DNA from: Myxococcota bacterium
GTDB taxonomy: Bacteria; Myxococcota_A; UBA9160; UBA6930
Length of the DNA stretch: 64,000 nucleotides
Assembly (NCBI GenBank): GCA_965223415.1
Contig: OZ245002.1
Coordinates: 1,730,578 to 1,794,577 of the forward strand
Direction: 5' to 3'
This document shows, piece after piece, positions 17,459 through 26,754 of the stretch; the first letter of the stretch is position 1, and each line of letters opens with the position of its first letter. The notes beneath the pieces are model-generated. The model searched no databases, was not told the origin of the DNA, and saw only the letters and a program-made list of their open reading frames with translations. A program made the translations under genes and the position numbers.

Positions 17459-18139
17459 GGAGCGTTCCCCCTGCTGCGTCAGGGCGAGGAGGTCGGCGGG
17501 AGTGGAGGCGAGGTGGTGGGCGCCGGCTTCGCGGAGCTCGGCAGGGCCCCCGATGCCCCAGGTAGCGCCGATGGTGAGCAGGCCGTGGGCCTGGCCCGCT
17601 CGGATGTCGAGGTGGCGATCGCCGACCATCGCGGCGGAGGGCGACTCCGGGCCTCCGCCCAGGGCCGCGAGGGTCCGGCCGACCGTGGCCGTCTTGTCCT
17701 CGTGGTGGGTGCCTTCGAGGGGCGCGCCGACGATCGCCTCGAAGTGGCCGGCGAGCCCCAGGCTCTCAAGGATCGGAACCGCGAAGTCCGCCGGCTTCGA
17801 GGTCGCCACGGCCAGCCGATGCCGCGACGCCAGCGTCTCGAGACACGCCGGAATGCCCTCGAAGGCCGGCGTCTCCCGGGGCGCGACCACGGTGTAGCGC
17901 TCCCGGTAGTGGTCGATGGCCGTGGGGATCGACGCCGGATCGGCGTCCCGGGCCGCCAGCAGGGCGGAGAAGACCTGGTGGAGGGAGACCCCGATCCAGC
18001 CGTGCAGGGCGTGCTCGGGCTCCCGCTCGAGGCCCAGCGCTTCCAGTGCGTGGTTGATGCAGAGGCTGATCGGATGCCGGGAATCGACCAGCACGCCGTC
18101 CAGGTCGAAGAGGATCGCCTCGAGGGGGTGCATTGACAT
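17456..18139 (-). CDS. HAD-superfamily hydrolase (phosphoglycolate-phosphatase-like)
   Basis: MSMHPLEAILFDLDGVLVDS (DxDxV motif I), LAVATSKP (motif II), MVGDRHLDIRAG (motif IV). This is the inner start of ORF 17456..18451. Confidence 0.8.
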   Translation of the reverse strand: MSMHPLEAILFDLDGVLVDSRHPISLCINHALEALGLEREPEHALHGWIGVSLHQVFSALLAARDADPASIPTAIDHYRERYTVVAPRETPAFEGIPACLETLASRHRLAVATSKPADFAVPILESLGLAGHFEAIVGAPLEGTHHEDKTATVGRTLAALGGGPESPSAAMVGDRHLDIRAGQAHGLLTIGATWGIGGPAELREAGAHHLASTPADLLALTQQGERS

Positions 18140-18267
18140 GACGGCGCCCCGCACGTTAGCAACCGGGGTGGGGGGAACGTCCGATCGAGAGCTCGGCCCG
18201 GCCGCCGCTGCTTGCGACGCGCGAGAACGCGCTGGAGGGCGACCTCCAGACGCTGCTCGGTCGCGCC

Positions 18268-19365
18268 GTGGAGCGCCTCGCCGGCGCGACGCGCTGCACC
18301 CGCATCGCCGCCTGGGGACGTGGCCCGGACGGCGCACCGCAGGTGCTGGCGGCGCGGATCGAGGGCGCGGCGCTGACCGAGCCGCCGCCGGGGGCCCTCG
18401 AGGCCGCGACCCGTCTCGCCGGCGCTTGGGACCTGGGGGCGAGCGACACACCGCCCCCCCTCCAGGCGCTCGCCGATCAGGGCTTCAGCGCCGTAGCGCC
18501 AATCCGAACGGCGGAGCACGAGGGCGCGGTGGGCCTCCTCCTCCTCGGCGGGCCGGCGGAGCCGCTGGGCCGGGTGCGGCCGCGCACCCTGGCCGCCCTC
18601 GGCGCGGCGGCCGAAAGGCTTCGCGGCCCGTTCCTGGCCGCCGCCTCTGCCGCTCGGCTCGCCCGCCTCGACCTGGAGGTCCAACGGCTCGATCGCCTGG
18701 CCGCCCTCGGCGGACTGGTCGCCGAAATCGTCCACGAGATCCGCAATCCGCTGGTCTCCGTGAAGACCTTCCTCCAGCTGCTGCCCGAGCGGGAATCGGA
18801 TCCGGAGTTCACCGAGAGCTTCCTGGCGGTGGCCCGCGAGGAGCTGCAACGCATCGAGCGGCTCCTGGGCGTCGTCCTCCAGCACGGCCGCCCGCCGCGG
18901 GCGGACCGGGCGCCGGCCCGCGGCGATCTGGCCGAGGCCCTGGAGAGCGTGACCCAGCTGGTGCGCTTCCGGGCCGACGACCAGGAGCTCACCCTGGAGG
19001 CCGAGCTCCCGGGCCGCCTGCCGCCCGTCACCCTCGGCCCCGACGCGCTCCGCCAGGTGCTGCTGAACCTCGCGCTGAACGCCATCGAGGCCTCCCCGCG
19101 CTCCGGCACCGTTCGGGTCACCGCCGCGCGCTCCGGAGGGCGCCTGCGCATCCGCGTGGAGGACGAGGGGGATGGCATCCCGCCGGCGTTGCGCCCGCAC
19201 CTGTTCACCCCGTTCTTCTCCACCAAGACGGAGCGCCCCGGCGGCCTCGGGCTGGCGATCACGGCCCGCATCCTGGAGGAGGCCGGCGGCGGCATCCGGG
19301 CCGCCGATCGACCTGGCGGCGGGACACGGATGGAGGTGACGCTCCCGCTGGCTCCGAGGCGCTAG
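18268..19365 (+). CDS. Cytoplasmic sensor histidine kinase (GAF-like N-terminus)
   Basis: GTG start. H-box: LGGLVAEIVHEIRNPLVSVKTF. HATPase region: LNLALNAIEAS...VEDEGDGIP...FFSTKTERPGGLGLAI. There is no TM segment. Confidence 0.8.
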   Translation: MERLAGATRCTRIAAWGRGPDGAPQVLAARIEGAALTEPPPGALEAATRLAGAWDLGASDTPPPLQALADQGFSAVAPIRTAEHEGAVGLLLLGGPAEPLGRVRPRTLAALGAAAERLRGPFLAAASAARLARLDLEVQRLDRLAALGGLVAEIVHEIRNPLVSVKTFLQLLPERESDPEFTESFLAVAREELQRIERLLGVVLQHGRPPRADRAPARGDLAEALESVTQLVRFRADDQELTLEAELPGRLPPVTLGPDALRQVLLNLALNAIEASPRSGTVRVTAARSGGRLRIRVEDEGDGIPPALRPHLFTPFFSTKTERPGGLGLAITARILEEAGGGIRAADRPGGGTRMEVTLPLAPRR

Positions 19366-19994
19366 TCGCCCAGCCAGCCCGCCGCGCAGCGCGCCAGCTC
19401 GGCAAGACCCGTGGCGAAGAAGTGATCCGTCTCGGGGATCACCTTCAGCTCCACCTGGGGGACCGAAGCGAAGGCGGCCTCCAGCTCGGCGGCCGGCGCC
19501 AGGTGATCGAGGGCACCGGTCAGCACCAGCACGGGCATTCCGGAGGCAGCGACGGCCCCCGGCTCGACGAGGGCCGGCGGCGGCGCCACCAGGATCAGCC
19601 GCTCCACCCGCGGGTGGGCCGCCGCGACCCGCACCGCCGCCGCGGAGCCGAAGGAGTAGCCGCAGGCCGTCAGCTTGCCGGGCACGGTCTCGGCCAGGTG
19701 CTCGAGGGCGGAGCCGTAGTCGATGTCCGCGTCGGCGGCGTCCCCGCTCGGCCTACCGGAGCTGGCTCCGACTCCCCGCCAGTTGAAGCGAACCGTATCG
19801 AGGCCGGCCTTGAAGCAGGCGTAGGCCACCTCGTTCACTACCGGGGAGTCCATACTGCCGCCGTAGAGGGGGTGCGGCGGCGCCACCACCGCGCCCTTGG
19901 CCGCGTCCGGTCCGGCAGCGACGTAGATCGCCTCGAGGCTCTCCTCCGGCGCATCCCCGCGGGCCACCACCACCGCCTTCTCGACCCACTTCAT
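19362..19994 (-). CDS. Alpha/beta hydrolase fold protein
   Basis: MKWVEKAVVV...PHPLYGGSMDSPVV...CGYSFGSAAA (GxSxG nucleophile elbow)...LTGALDHLAP...ETDHFF. The stop overlaps the convergent kinase stop (CTAG). Confidence 0.7.
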   Translation of the reverse strand: MKWVEKAVVVARGDAPEESLEAIYVAAGPDAAKGAVVAPPHPLYGGSMDSPVVNEVAYACFKAGLDTVRFNWRGVGASSGRPSGDAADADIDYGSALEHLAETVPGKLTACGYSFGSAAAVRVAAAHPRVERLILVAPPPALVEPGAVAASGMPVLVLTGALDHLAPAAELEAAFASVPQVELKVIPETDHFFATGLAELARCAAGWLGD

Positions 19995-20094
19995 GGGCGG
20001 GAGAATGGGCGACGGCGGCCCCAGCGGCCAGTAGGGTGCTGAGCGCACCTATCTTCCGGGGGTCGTCGTTCGTCTTGTTTCTCGAGGAGACCCC

Positions 20095-21081
20095 ATGGCC
20101 GAGATCCCCGAACCGAGCGACCTGCGAAACGACCTGCACGCGAGCTGGGAGGCCTATCTGGATCTGCTGGTGCCGATCCGTCCCGACCTCTACGCCTACT
20201 GCCGGCGGCTCACCGCCAGCGTCTGGGATGCGGAGGACCTGGTGCAGGACACTCTCCTGCGGGGCTTCGGGCACCTGGGGTTCCTCGGCCAGGAGGTCGG
20301 CAGCGTGCGCGCCTACATGCTGCGCGCCGCATCCAACGCCTGGATCGACCGGCAGCGTCGGCGGGCTACGGAGGCCCGGATTCCCGACGATCGCCTCCCG
20401 ACCCCGGATGCGGTGGCGCGACCGGACCAGCGCACCGCAGTGCGCGATGCCGGCGCCAGGCTCCTGCATCGGCTCGCGCCGCAGGAGCGGGCCGCGATCG
20501 TCCTGAAGGAGGCCTTCGAGCTCCCGATCCGCGAGATCGCCGAGATCCTCGCCACGACGGAGGGCGCCGTGAAGAACGCGCTACACCGGGGACGCGATCG
20601 CCTTCGAGCGCCCGACGATGCGCAGGAGCGCCGCCCGGCTCCTCCGGACGCACTGGTCGATCGCTTCATCGAGCTCTGGGAAGCGAGAGACGTGGGCGGA
20701 CTCGTCGACCTGCTGGCCCCCGGCGGCTCGGCCGAGAACGTGGGCTTCGGTCTCCAGTACGGGCGCGACGCCTTCGAAGGAACCGAGAACTTCCTCTACA
20801 AGGCGGTGCATGGCCACGAGGAGTGGCCCGAGTGGTTCCAGCCGGAGTCGGTGCGCCTGGCTCCGGGCCGCTTCGAGGGCGTCCCTATCGTGCTCTGCTT
20901 CGCGACCCGGAGCGGAGAGGAGGCCCTCGAACAGGTGCTGCGCCTCGATGGCGTCGACGGGCGGATCGCGCGCCTGCGGGGCTACGGTTTCTGCCCCGAG
21001 ACCATGCGGGAGGTCGGCGCCGCCCTCGGCTTGGAGGTGCGGACGGGCCTGTACCGCGTTCCCAGCTTCGACGCGCCCTGA
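20095..21081 (+). CDS. ECF-type sigma-70 factor with a long C-terminal (SnoaL/NTF2-like) extension
   Basis: Region 2: YAYCRRLTASVWDAEDLVQDTLLRGF. Region 4: LAPQERAAIVLKEAFELPIREIAEILATTEGAVKNALHRGRDRL. About 140 extra C-terminal residues follow, as in SigJ/ECF41-like sigma factors. Confidence 0.8.
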   Translation: MAEIPEPSDLRNDLHASWEAYLDLLVPIRPDLYAYCRRLTASVWDAEDLVQDTLLRGFGHLGFLGQEVGSVRAYMLRAASNAWIDRQRRRATEARIPDDRLPTPDAVARPDQRTAVRDAGARLLHRLAPQERAAIVLKEAFELPIREIAEILATTEGAVKNALHRGRDRLRAPDDAQERRPAPPDALVDRFIELWEARDVGGLVDLLAPGGSAENVGFGLQYGRDAFEGTENFLYKAVHGHEEWPEWFQPESVRLAPGRFEGVPIVLCFATRSGEEALEQVLRLDGVDGRIARLRGYGFCPETMREVGAALGLEVRTGLYRVPSFDAP

Positions 21082-21102
21082 TCCGGGCCGGGCAGAGCAG
21101 CC

Positions 21103-21450
21103 ATGCAGTACCTGATCACGATGACCGACATCGAGGGCACCTGGGACGCGCTGACCCCGGAAGAGCAGGAGCGCGTGCTGGAACGCCACGACGAGTTCCG
21201 GGCGGCGCTGGAAGCGGAGGGCCGCTTCGTCCTCTCCCTGCACCTCCGTCCGCGCGAGGAAGCGAGAACCGTGCGCAGGGATGCCGCGGGCGCCTTCACC
21301 CGCGAGGAGGGCCCGTTCTCGCGGGCACCGGAAGGTGCGGGCGGCTTTTGCGTGATCGAGGCGGAGTCGATGGACGAAGCCCTCACGTGGGCGGAGCGCG
21401 GCCGCTTCATCGAGGGTGCGAACGAGGTCCGGCCGATCCACGACGAGTGA
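21103..21450 (+). CDS. YciI-like (DGPF domain) protein
   Basis: MQYLITMTDIEGTWDALTPEEQERVLERHDEFRAALEAEGRFVLSLHL...GFCVIEAESMDEALTWAER is the YCII-related pattern often found next to ECF sigma genes. Confidence 0.7.
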   Translation: MQYLITMTDIEGTWDALTPEEQERVLERHDEFRAALEAEGRFVLSLHLRPREEARTVRRDAAGAFTREEGPFSRAPEGAGGFCVIEAESMDEALTWAERGRFIEGANEVRPIHDE

Positions 21451-21485
21451 GCACAGGCGGAGGATTGGCTCTAGATTCGTCGCCC

Positions 21486-22124
21486 ATGCCCCGCGAGAGC
21501 GCCGCCGATCGCAAGAAGCGGGCCGGCCGGATCGGCCGCAAGCTGGCCCGCGCCTATCCGGACGCCGAGTGCGCGCTCCACCACGAGAACGCCTTCCAGC
21601 TGCTGATCGCGACGATCCTGTCGGCCCAGTGCACGGACCACATGGTGAACCAGGTGACGGCCGGGCTGTTCCCGAAGTACGGCACGCCGGTGGCGCTGGC
21701 GGACGCGGATCCGGCGGAGATCGAGACGCTGATCCGTCGCACGGGCTTCTACCGGCAGAAGACGAAGTCGATCCAGTCGGCGTCGCGGGACCTGTGCGAG
21801 AAGTTCGACGGCGAGGTGCCGCGCACCCTCGAGGAGCTGGTCACCCTGCGCGGCGTCGCGCGAAAGACGGCCAACGTGGTGCTGGGCAACTGCTTCGGCG
21901 TGCCGGGGCTCACCGTCGATACCCACATGAAGCGGGTGAACCGTCGGCTGGGCCTCACCCGGGAGGAGGATCCGGTGAAGATCGAGCGCGACCTCATGGC
22001 GCTCATCCCCGAGAAGGAATGGACCGTCTACTCCCATCGGGTGATCACCCACGGGCGGGAGTGCTGCGACGCGAGGCGCCCCCAGTGCACGGCCTGCCCG
22101 CTGCGCGAGGAGTGCCCCCATTGA
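21486..22124 (+). CDS. nth: Endonuclease III
   Basis: FQLLIATILSAQCTD...LIRRTGFYRQKTK...LRGVARKTANVVL...VDTHMKRV...CDARRPQCTACPLREECP shows the HhH-GPD fold and the 4Fe-4S Cys cluster. Confidence 0.9.
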   Translation: MPRESAADRKKRAGRIGRKLARAYPDAECALHHENAFQLLIATILSAQCTDHMVNQVTAGLFPKYGTPVALADADPAEIETLIRRTGFYRQKTKSIQSASRDLCEKFDGEVPRTLEELVTLRGVARKTANVVLGNCFGVPGLTVDTHMKRVNRRLGLTREEDPVKIERDLMALIPEKEWTVYSHRVITHGRECCDARRPQCTACPLREECPH

Positions 22125-22636
22125 GCCGCATCGTGTACGAGGGACGATCGATCACCGTGCGGATGGAGGAGGCCCACCTCCCCGGCGGCCGCACGGTGGA
22201 GCTGGACGTGGTGCGGCATCCGGGCGCCTCGGCGGTCGTGCCCTTCGAGAGTGAGGACGTGGTGCTGCTGATCCACCAGTACCGGCACTGCGCCGACGGC
22301 ATGATCTGGGAGGTGCCGGCGGGCAAGCTCGACGGCGACACGCCGGAGGTGTGTGCCGCGAAGGAGCTGGAGGAGGAGGCGGGACGCCGCGCGGGACGGT
22401 TCGAGAAGCTCGGCTCCGTGTGGACGACGCCGGGCTTCACCGACGAGGTGATCCACCTGTTCGCGGCCTTCGACCTGGAGGAGGTGCCGGCGCGGCCCGA
22501 GGACGACGAGGTGATCGAGGTCGTCCCGACCCCGCTCGGCCGCGCCCTCGAGATGGTCTGGAACGGCGAGCTGCGCGACGGCAAGAGCGCCCTCGCGCTC
22601 CTCCACGCCGCGCGGCGCCTGGGAAGGCTGGCTTGA
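22121..22636 (+). CDS. NUDIX hydrolase (ADP-ribose pyrophosphatase-like)
   Basis: Nudix box: PAGKLDGDTPEVCAAKELEEEAGR. I chose the TTG start at 22121, which overlaps the nth stop; GTG at 22133 is an alternative. Confidence 0.75.
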   Translation: MSRIVYEGRSITVRMEEAHLPGGRTVELDVVRHPGASAVVPFESEDVVLLIHQYRHCADGMIWEVPAGKLDGDTPEVCAAKELEEEAGRRAGRFEKLGSVWTTPGFTDEVIHLFAAFDLEEVPARPEDDEVIEVVPTPLGRALEMVWNGELRDGKSALALLHAARRLGRLA

Positions 22637-23616
22637 GCCAGGGCGCTTCGGGCCTGGGCCTGGTGCTGGCCTGGCAACACCAGCCGTGGGAGACGCTGCT
22701 CGAGCTGGTGCGCCACGCAGAGGCCTGTCGCTACGACGTGGTGTACGTCGACGGCGACGTCAGCATGATCCCGAGCCGCGGTGACGGAGACGTGCTGGAC
22801 GGCGCCAGCCTTACGACGGCGCTGCTCGCTTCGACGACACGCATTGGTGTCGGATCGATCCGGCTCGTCCACTTCTGGAGCCCGGCGCGCCTGGCCCAGT
22901 GGGCGGCGACCCAGGAGCGGATCTTCCCGGGCCGGCTGCACCTGCTGCTCGGAATCGGCGGCCAGCCGAGCGACCGGCGCTTCGGCCTGCCCTGGGCGCC
23001 GCCGGCGGAGCGCGCGGCGTGGCTGGAAGAGACCATCACCGCCTGCCGCGCCCTGTGGCGCGGGGAAGAGGTGAGCACCGCGGGCCCATGGGCTCGCTTG
23101 GACCGGGCGCGGGTGCGTCCGGTCCTGCCGGAAGGCCGCCCGGTGCTCGAGATCGGCTGCGGCGCTGGCTCGCCGGTGCTGCCCCTCGTGGCCCGGTTCG
23201 CGGACCGCTGGGACCTGAACGTGCCGCCGACACCGCAGCGGATCGCGGCGGCCCTGGCGGCGCTGGAGGCGGCCTGCGCGCGGGAGGAACGGGATGCGGC
23301 GTCGATCGGCCGGCAGCTCTGGATCATGACGCGGCCCCAGGGGGGCGGCAGCTCCTGGAGGCCCGAGGCGCTGCGGCAGGCCTTCCGACGCTGGTACCCG
23401 TGGTTCTCGTGGCTGCCCGACGCAGAGGTTCCGGACGCGATCGTCGCCGGGAGCCCGGAGGCGTGCCGCGAGCGGCTGGCCCGGCTGCGCGAGGCGGGCA
23501 TCGATCGACCGCTTCTCGATCTCAGCGGGCTCGATCGTGACGCAGCGCATCAGACGATTGACGCGCTCGCCCCCCGCGCCGAAAGCTTTGTTGACCCGCG
23601 GAGTTACACGCCGTAG
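22633..23616 (+). CDS. Luciferase-like monooxygenase (LLM) family oxidoreductase
   Basis: LGLVLAWQHQPWETLLELVRHAEACRYDVVYVDGD...TTRIGVGSIRLVHFWSPARLAQWAATQERIFPGRLHLLLGIGG...GSPEACRERLARLREAGID shows an LLM TIM-barrel pattern. The TTG start at 22633 overlaps the upstream stop. Confidence 0.65.
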   Translation: MSQGASGLGLVLAWQHQPWETLLELVRHAEACRYDVVYVDGDVSMIPSRGDGDVLDGASLTTALLASTTRIGVGSIRLVHFWSPARLAQWAATQERIFPGRLHLLLGIGGQPSDRRFGLPWAPPAERAAWLEETITACRALWRGEEVSTAGPWARLDRARVRPVLPEGRPVLEIGCGAGSPVLPLVARFADRWDLNVPPTPQRIAAALAALEAACAREERDAASIGRQLWIMTRPQGGGSSWRPEALRQAFRRWYPWFSWLPDAEVPDAIVAGSPEACRERLARLREAGIDRPLLDLSGLDRDAAHQTIDALAPRAESFVDPRSYTP

Positions 23617-23775
23617 TCTGGCTCGAGAACGCGGGAATCGCGCCCTCCCGCCTGTCTTCGCCGCTCTTCGGGGTTGCGGGGGGTCACACTGGGGGTGGCC
23701 CGTCGCGCCGAAGCGCGGCAAACACCCCGCGGTGTCACATCGAGTGGCACACCGAATGGGGGAGGCAAGCGAGCT

Positions 23776-24531
23776 TTGCAGGGACGCGGCTACCAGGTGG
23801 GCTTCGGCCCGCCCCACACACCCGACATCATCAAGTACCTGATGATCGCGAACGTCGGGGTGTACATCCTGCAGCACCTGACGTCGAACCCCGGTGAGTA
23901 CGGGCTGATCGACCGGCTCTTCGCGGTCTGGCCCCAGCTCGTCTGGCAGGGCGGCTACTTCTGGCAGCCGGCCACCTACATGTGGCTGCACTCGACCGCG
24001 AGCGTGTTCCACCTGCTGTTCAACATGTTCGCCTTGTGGATGTTCGGCTCGCCGGTGGCGAGCTACTGGGGCGACCGGCGCTTCCTGCGCTTCTACCTCG
24101 TGTGCGGCATCGGCGCCGGGTTGATCATCGCTGCCTGGCCTGCGCTGCTGGTCCTGTTCGGGAGTCACCCGGCGGCGTACACGATCCCGACCCTCGGCGC
24201 TTCCGGCGCCGTGTTCGGCGTGCTGCTGGCCTACTCGCTCACCTGGCCGGATCGCACGATCATGCTGCTCTTCCCGCCGATCCCGATCAAGGCGATCTGG
24301 TTCATCCCGTTCCTCTTCTTCATGGAGTTCTTCAGCAGCGCCAACGTGAGCCACGTGGGCCACCTCGGCGGCGTGCTCGTCGGCTGGATCCTCCTCCAGC
24401 GGATGGGCGTGGGTGGACGCTTCGGCCTCGGCCAGATCAAGTACCGCTACCGACGCTGGAAGATGCGCCGCAACCTCCGCGCGGTGCAGAGCGAGGAGCG
24501 CCGGCGCGACGACCACAGGACGTTCCACTGA
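23776..24531 (+). CDS. Rhomboid family intramembrane serine protease
   Basis: WLHSTASVFHLLFNMFALWMFG, GASGAVFGVLLAY (catalytic Ser), and HVGHLGGVLVGW (catalytic His). The ORF is open from 23674. I prefer the TTG at 23776 because GGGGGAGG lies 9 nt upstream. Confidence 0.8.
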   Translation: MQGRGYQVGFGPPHTPDIIKYLMIANVGVYILQHLTSNPGEYGLIDRLFAVWPQLVWQGGYFWQPATYMWLHSTASVFHLLFNMFALWMFGSPVASYWGDRRFLRFYLVCGIGAGLIIAAWPALLVLFGSHPAAYTIPTLGASGAVFGVLLAYSLTWPDRTIMLLFPPIPIKAIWFIPFLFFMEFFSSANVSHVGHLGGVLVGWILLQRMGVGGRFGLGQIKYRYRRWKMRRNLRAVQSEERRRDDHRTFH

Positions 24532-24532
24532 T

Positions 24533-25354
24533 ATGTCCGACGACTTCGTCCTGAACGCCACTCTCGACGCCGAGATCGCCTCGGCGGCCGACCTGCTCAG
24601 CGGAGCGGCTCGGGTGGTGGCGCTGACCGGCGCCGGCCTCTCGGTGGAGAGCGGTATCCCGCCCTTCCGCGGGCCCGGGGGCCTCTGGACGAAGTACGGC
24701 GAGCCGCCGATGGACGGCTACCAGCGCTTCCTGGCCGATCCGGCCAAGGCCTGGCGCGAGCGGCTGAACCCGACCGAGAGCTGGGCCAGGGGGCTACACG
24801 AAACCCTGGGCCGAGCCAAGCCGAACCTGGGACACGTCTCGATGGCGGGCCTCGAGGAGCTCGGCGTGCTGACGGCGACGATCACCCAGAACGTCGACGA
24901 CCTGCATCGTCAGGCGGGCAGCCGTTCGCTCCTCGAGATCCACGGCAACCACGTGCTGCTGCGCTGCATGGAGTGCCACCACCGCTACGAGCCGGGGAAG
25001 GTCCGGGTCGATCCCGAGGCGCTGCCCCCGCTCTGCGTGCGCTGCGGCGGCATCCTCAAGGGCGATACCGTGCAGTTCGGCGAGCCGATCCCGCCGGACG
25101 TGCTGCGCGGGTGCTACGAGGCGGTCTCCGGTTGCGACTGCATGCTCGTGGTCGGCACCTCGGCGACGGTGTATCCGGCGGCCGAGTTTCCGATGGAGGT
25201 GCTGCGCCGCGGCGGCGCCATCGTCGAGGTGAATCCCTACGAGAGCGAGCTCACGCCCGTCGCCACCGTCTCGTTGCGGGGGCCGGGCGGCGCGATCCTC
25301 GAGCGACTGCTCCACCATGCCCGGGCGCGCCAGCCACGCGAGGCAACCGCATGA
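24533..25354 (+). CDS. cobB: NAD-dependent protein deacylase (Sir2 family)
   Basis: VVALTGAGLSVESGIPPFRG, TQNVDDLHRQAG, EIHGN, and the Zn ribbon CMECHHRY...CVRCGGILKGDTVQFGE. Confidence 0.9.
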   Translation: MSDDFVLNATLDAEIASAADLLSGAARVVALTGAGLSVESGIPPFRGPGGLWTKYGEPPMDGYQRFLADPAKAWRERLNPTESWARGLHETLGRAKPNLGHVSMAGLEELGVLTATITQNVDDLHRQAGSRSLLEIHGNHVLLRCMECHHRYEPGKVRVDPEALPPLCVRCGGILKGDTVQFGEPIPPDVLRGCYEAVSGCDCMLVVGTSATVYPAAEFPMEVLRRGGAIVEVNPYESELTPVATVSLRGPGGAILERLLHHARARQPREATA

Positions 25355-26235
25355 GTCGAGACGGCTTCGACGACGAGCCGACCCGCGGGCGGGGAATCGG
25401 CGGCTTCATCCGGAGCCTGCTCTCGGGGATCCCGTGGAGCGAGCGGGCCGAGGAGAGCGAGACGCTCCGCTTGGAAACGCCCCCGCTGATGCGCCTGCGG
25501 GTGGACAACGCCAACGGTCGCACCCAGGTGATCGGGGAGGATCGGGGCGACCTCGAGATCGAGGTGACCAAGACGGCCCGCGCCGATTCCGAGGCCGGCG
25601 CGCGGAAGCTGGTGGAGGACATCCGGCTGGTCACGCGAGAGGACGCCCAGGGCGTGCTCGAGATCGAGGTGGACATCCCGGGCCGCTGGAACCGCCAGGG
25701 GCGCGCGGACCTGAAGCTGCGCGTGCCGCGGGAGCTGTGGGTGGCGGTGCAAGCGGCGAACGGCCGTATCTGCCTCGAGGGCCTGCGCGCCAAGGTGCGA
25801 GCGCGCTCCAGCAACGGCCCGGTCCGCGCCAGCGACATGGTGGGCGACATGGACCTCCAGGCCATGAACGCCAAGGTGCAGACCCGCTGCACCTGCGGGC
25901 GGCTCCTGGCACGCTCGAGCAATGGCAAGATCCAGGTCGAGGAGCACAAGGGCACCGTCGACGCCTCGACCACGAACGGCACGGTGACCTGCGAGATCGA
26001 GGAGCTCGGCAAGGAGGGCGTCACCCTCGTGACGAGCAACGGACGCATCTCCCTCGATCTGCCGGAGAACGCGGACGGCGACCTCGACGTGCGGGTCGAC
26101 AACGGCTTGATCCGCACCTCCCGCGATCTCCCCGGCACGAGCCCCGAACGCAGCGGCCGCCTCAAGGCCACCCTCGGCCAGGGCGGCACCCCCATCCGCC
26201 TCCGCGCCAGCAACGGAACCATCACCGTCCGCTAA
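25351..26235 (+). CDS. DUF4097-like beta-strand-repeat protein (putative adhesin fold)
   Basis: It has reiterated SxNGxI strands: SSNGPVRAS, SSNGKIQVE, TTNGTVTCE, TSNGRISLD, VDNGLIRTS, ASNGTITVR. The start overlaps the sirtuin stop (ATGA). Confidence 0.65.
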   Translation: MSRDGFDDEPTRGRGIGGFIRSLLSGIPWSERAEESETLRLETPPLMRLRVDNANGRTQVIGEDRGDLEIEVTKTARADSEAGARKLVEDIRLVTREDAQGVLEIEVDIPGRWNRQGRADLKLRVPRELWVAVQAANGRICLEGLRAKVRARSSNGPVRASDMVGDMDLQAMNAKVQTRCTCGRLLARSSNGKIQVEEHKGTVDASTTNGTVTCEIEELGKEGVTLVTSNGRISLDLPENADGDLDVRVDNGLIRTSRDLPGTSPERSGRLKATLGQGGTPIRLRASNGTITVR

Positions 26236-26238
26236 CCG

Positions 26239-26274
26239 TTGCGTCGGGGCCGGTTCAACCGGCCGCTAACGCAA
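26239..26274. repeat. Imperfect palindromic junction element of the TTGCGT(T/C)(A/G)GGGCCGGTT family
   Basis: ttgcgtcggggccggtt c aaccggccgctaacgcaa. The right arm contains the stop (comp. 26266-68) and the last two codons (L-R) of the phosphoesterase gene. Confidence 0.6.
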
Positions 26275-26754
26275 TACGTGGATCTCGGGCTCGAGGTGGG
26301 TGCCGGTGACGGTCAGGTGGCCGACGGAGCGGGTGCGACCGGGAGCGGGGGGGCCGGCGTAGCCGGGGTTGAAGTGGAGGCGGTCGCCGTGGCGTTCGAC
26401 CAGCGCTTCGTGGGTGTGGCCGTAGACGAGGGCGTGGGGGCGCCAGGTGTCCAGCTCGGCGGCGACGCGAGGATGGATGCGACCGAAGTTGTCGTACCAG
26501 TGGCAGAGGAGGATGCGCGCCGGGCCCAGCTCGACCCGTTGCTCCCACGGGTAGCGGTGGGTGAGCTCCGGATCGCCGTTGCCGACGACGGCGACGACCG
26601 GGGCCAGGGCGCGCAGTGCCTCGAGCAGGGCCTCATCCCCGACGTCGCCCGCGTGGAGGATGACGTCGGAGCCCTCCAGGGCCGCGCACACGTCGGGAGC
26701 GAGCACGCCGTGGGTATCGGCGACGATGCCCACCCGGGGCGAAGGCCCGCTCAT
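26266..26754 (-). CDS. YfcE/MJ0936-type metallophosphoesterase
   Basis: VGIVADTHG, ILHAGDVG, VVGNGD, LLCHW, ALVYGHTHE: the calcineurin-like phosphoesterase metal-binding motifs. There is an ATGA overlap with the upstream gene. Confidence 0.85.
   Translation of the reverse strand: MSGPSPRVGIVADTHGVLAPDVCAALEGSDVILHAGDVGDEALLEALRALAPVVAVVGNGDPELTHRYPWEQRVELGPARILLCHWYDNFGRIHPRVAAELDTWRPHALVYGHTHEALVERHGDRLHFNPGYAGPPAPGRTRSVGHLTVTGTHLEPEIHVLR

Noticed and set aside
19362-19365. Convergent histidine kinase and alpha/beta-hydrolase genes share the palindromic tetranucleotide CTAG as overlapping stop codons.
   Set aside because: This is a trivial consequence of TAG being self-overlapping in reverse complement. 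No associated structure was seen.
20095-21450. An ECF sigma factor with a C-terminal extension and an adjacent YciI-like gene, considered as a candidate novel regulatory pair.
   Set aside because: This pairing (SigJ/ECF41-like sigma with a YciI/DGPF neighbour and no anti-sigma) is a widely observed, already described arrangement. I also could not identify the cognate promoter motif with confidence.
23735-23760. A TGGCAC hexamer (gtggcacaccgaatgggg) upstream of the rhomboid gene, considered as a possible sigma-54 promoter.
   Set aside because: The -12 element is missing (ATGGG in place of TTGCW). Only the 43009-43024 site meets both halves of the consensus.
26246-26266. A T-arm-like hairpin, GGCCGGTTCAACCGGCC, considered as a possible tRNA or tRNA-like fragment. 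Similar GGCCGGTTC strings occur at 39429 and 53753.
   Set aside because: There is no acceptor, D or anticodon stem around it. The loop is 5 nt, not the 7-nt TPsiC loop. It forms part of the REP-like palindrome family.
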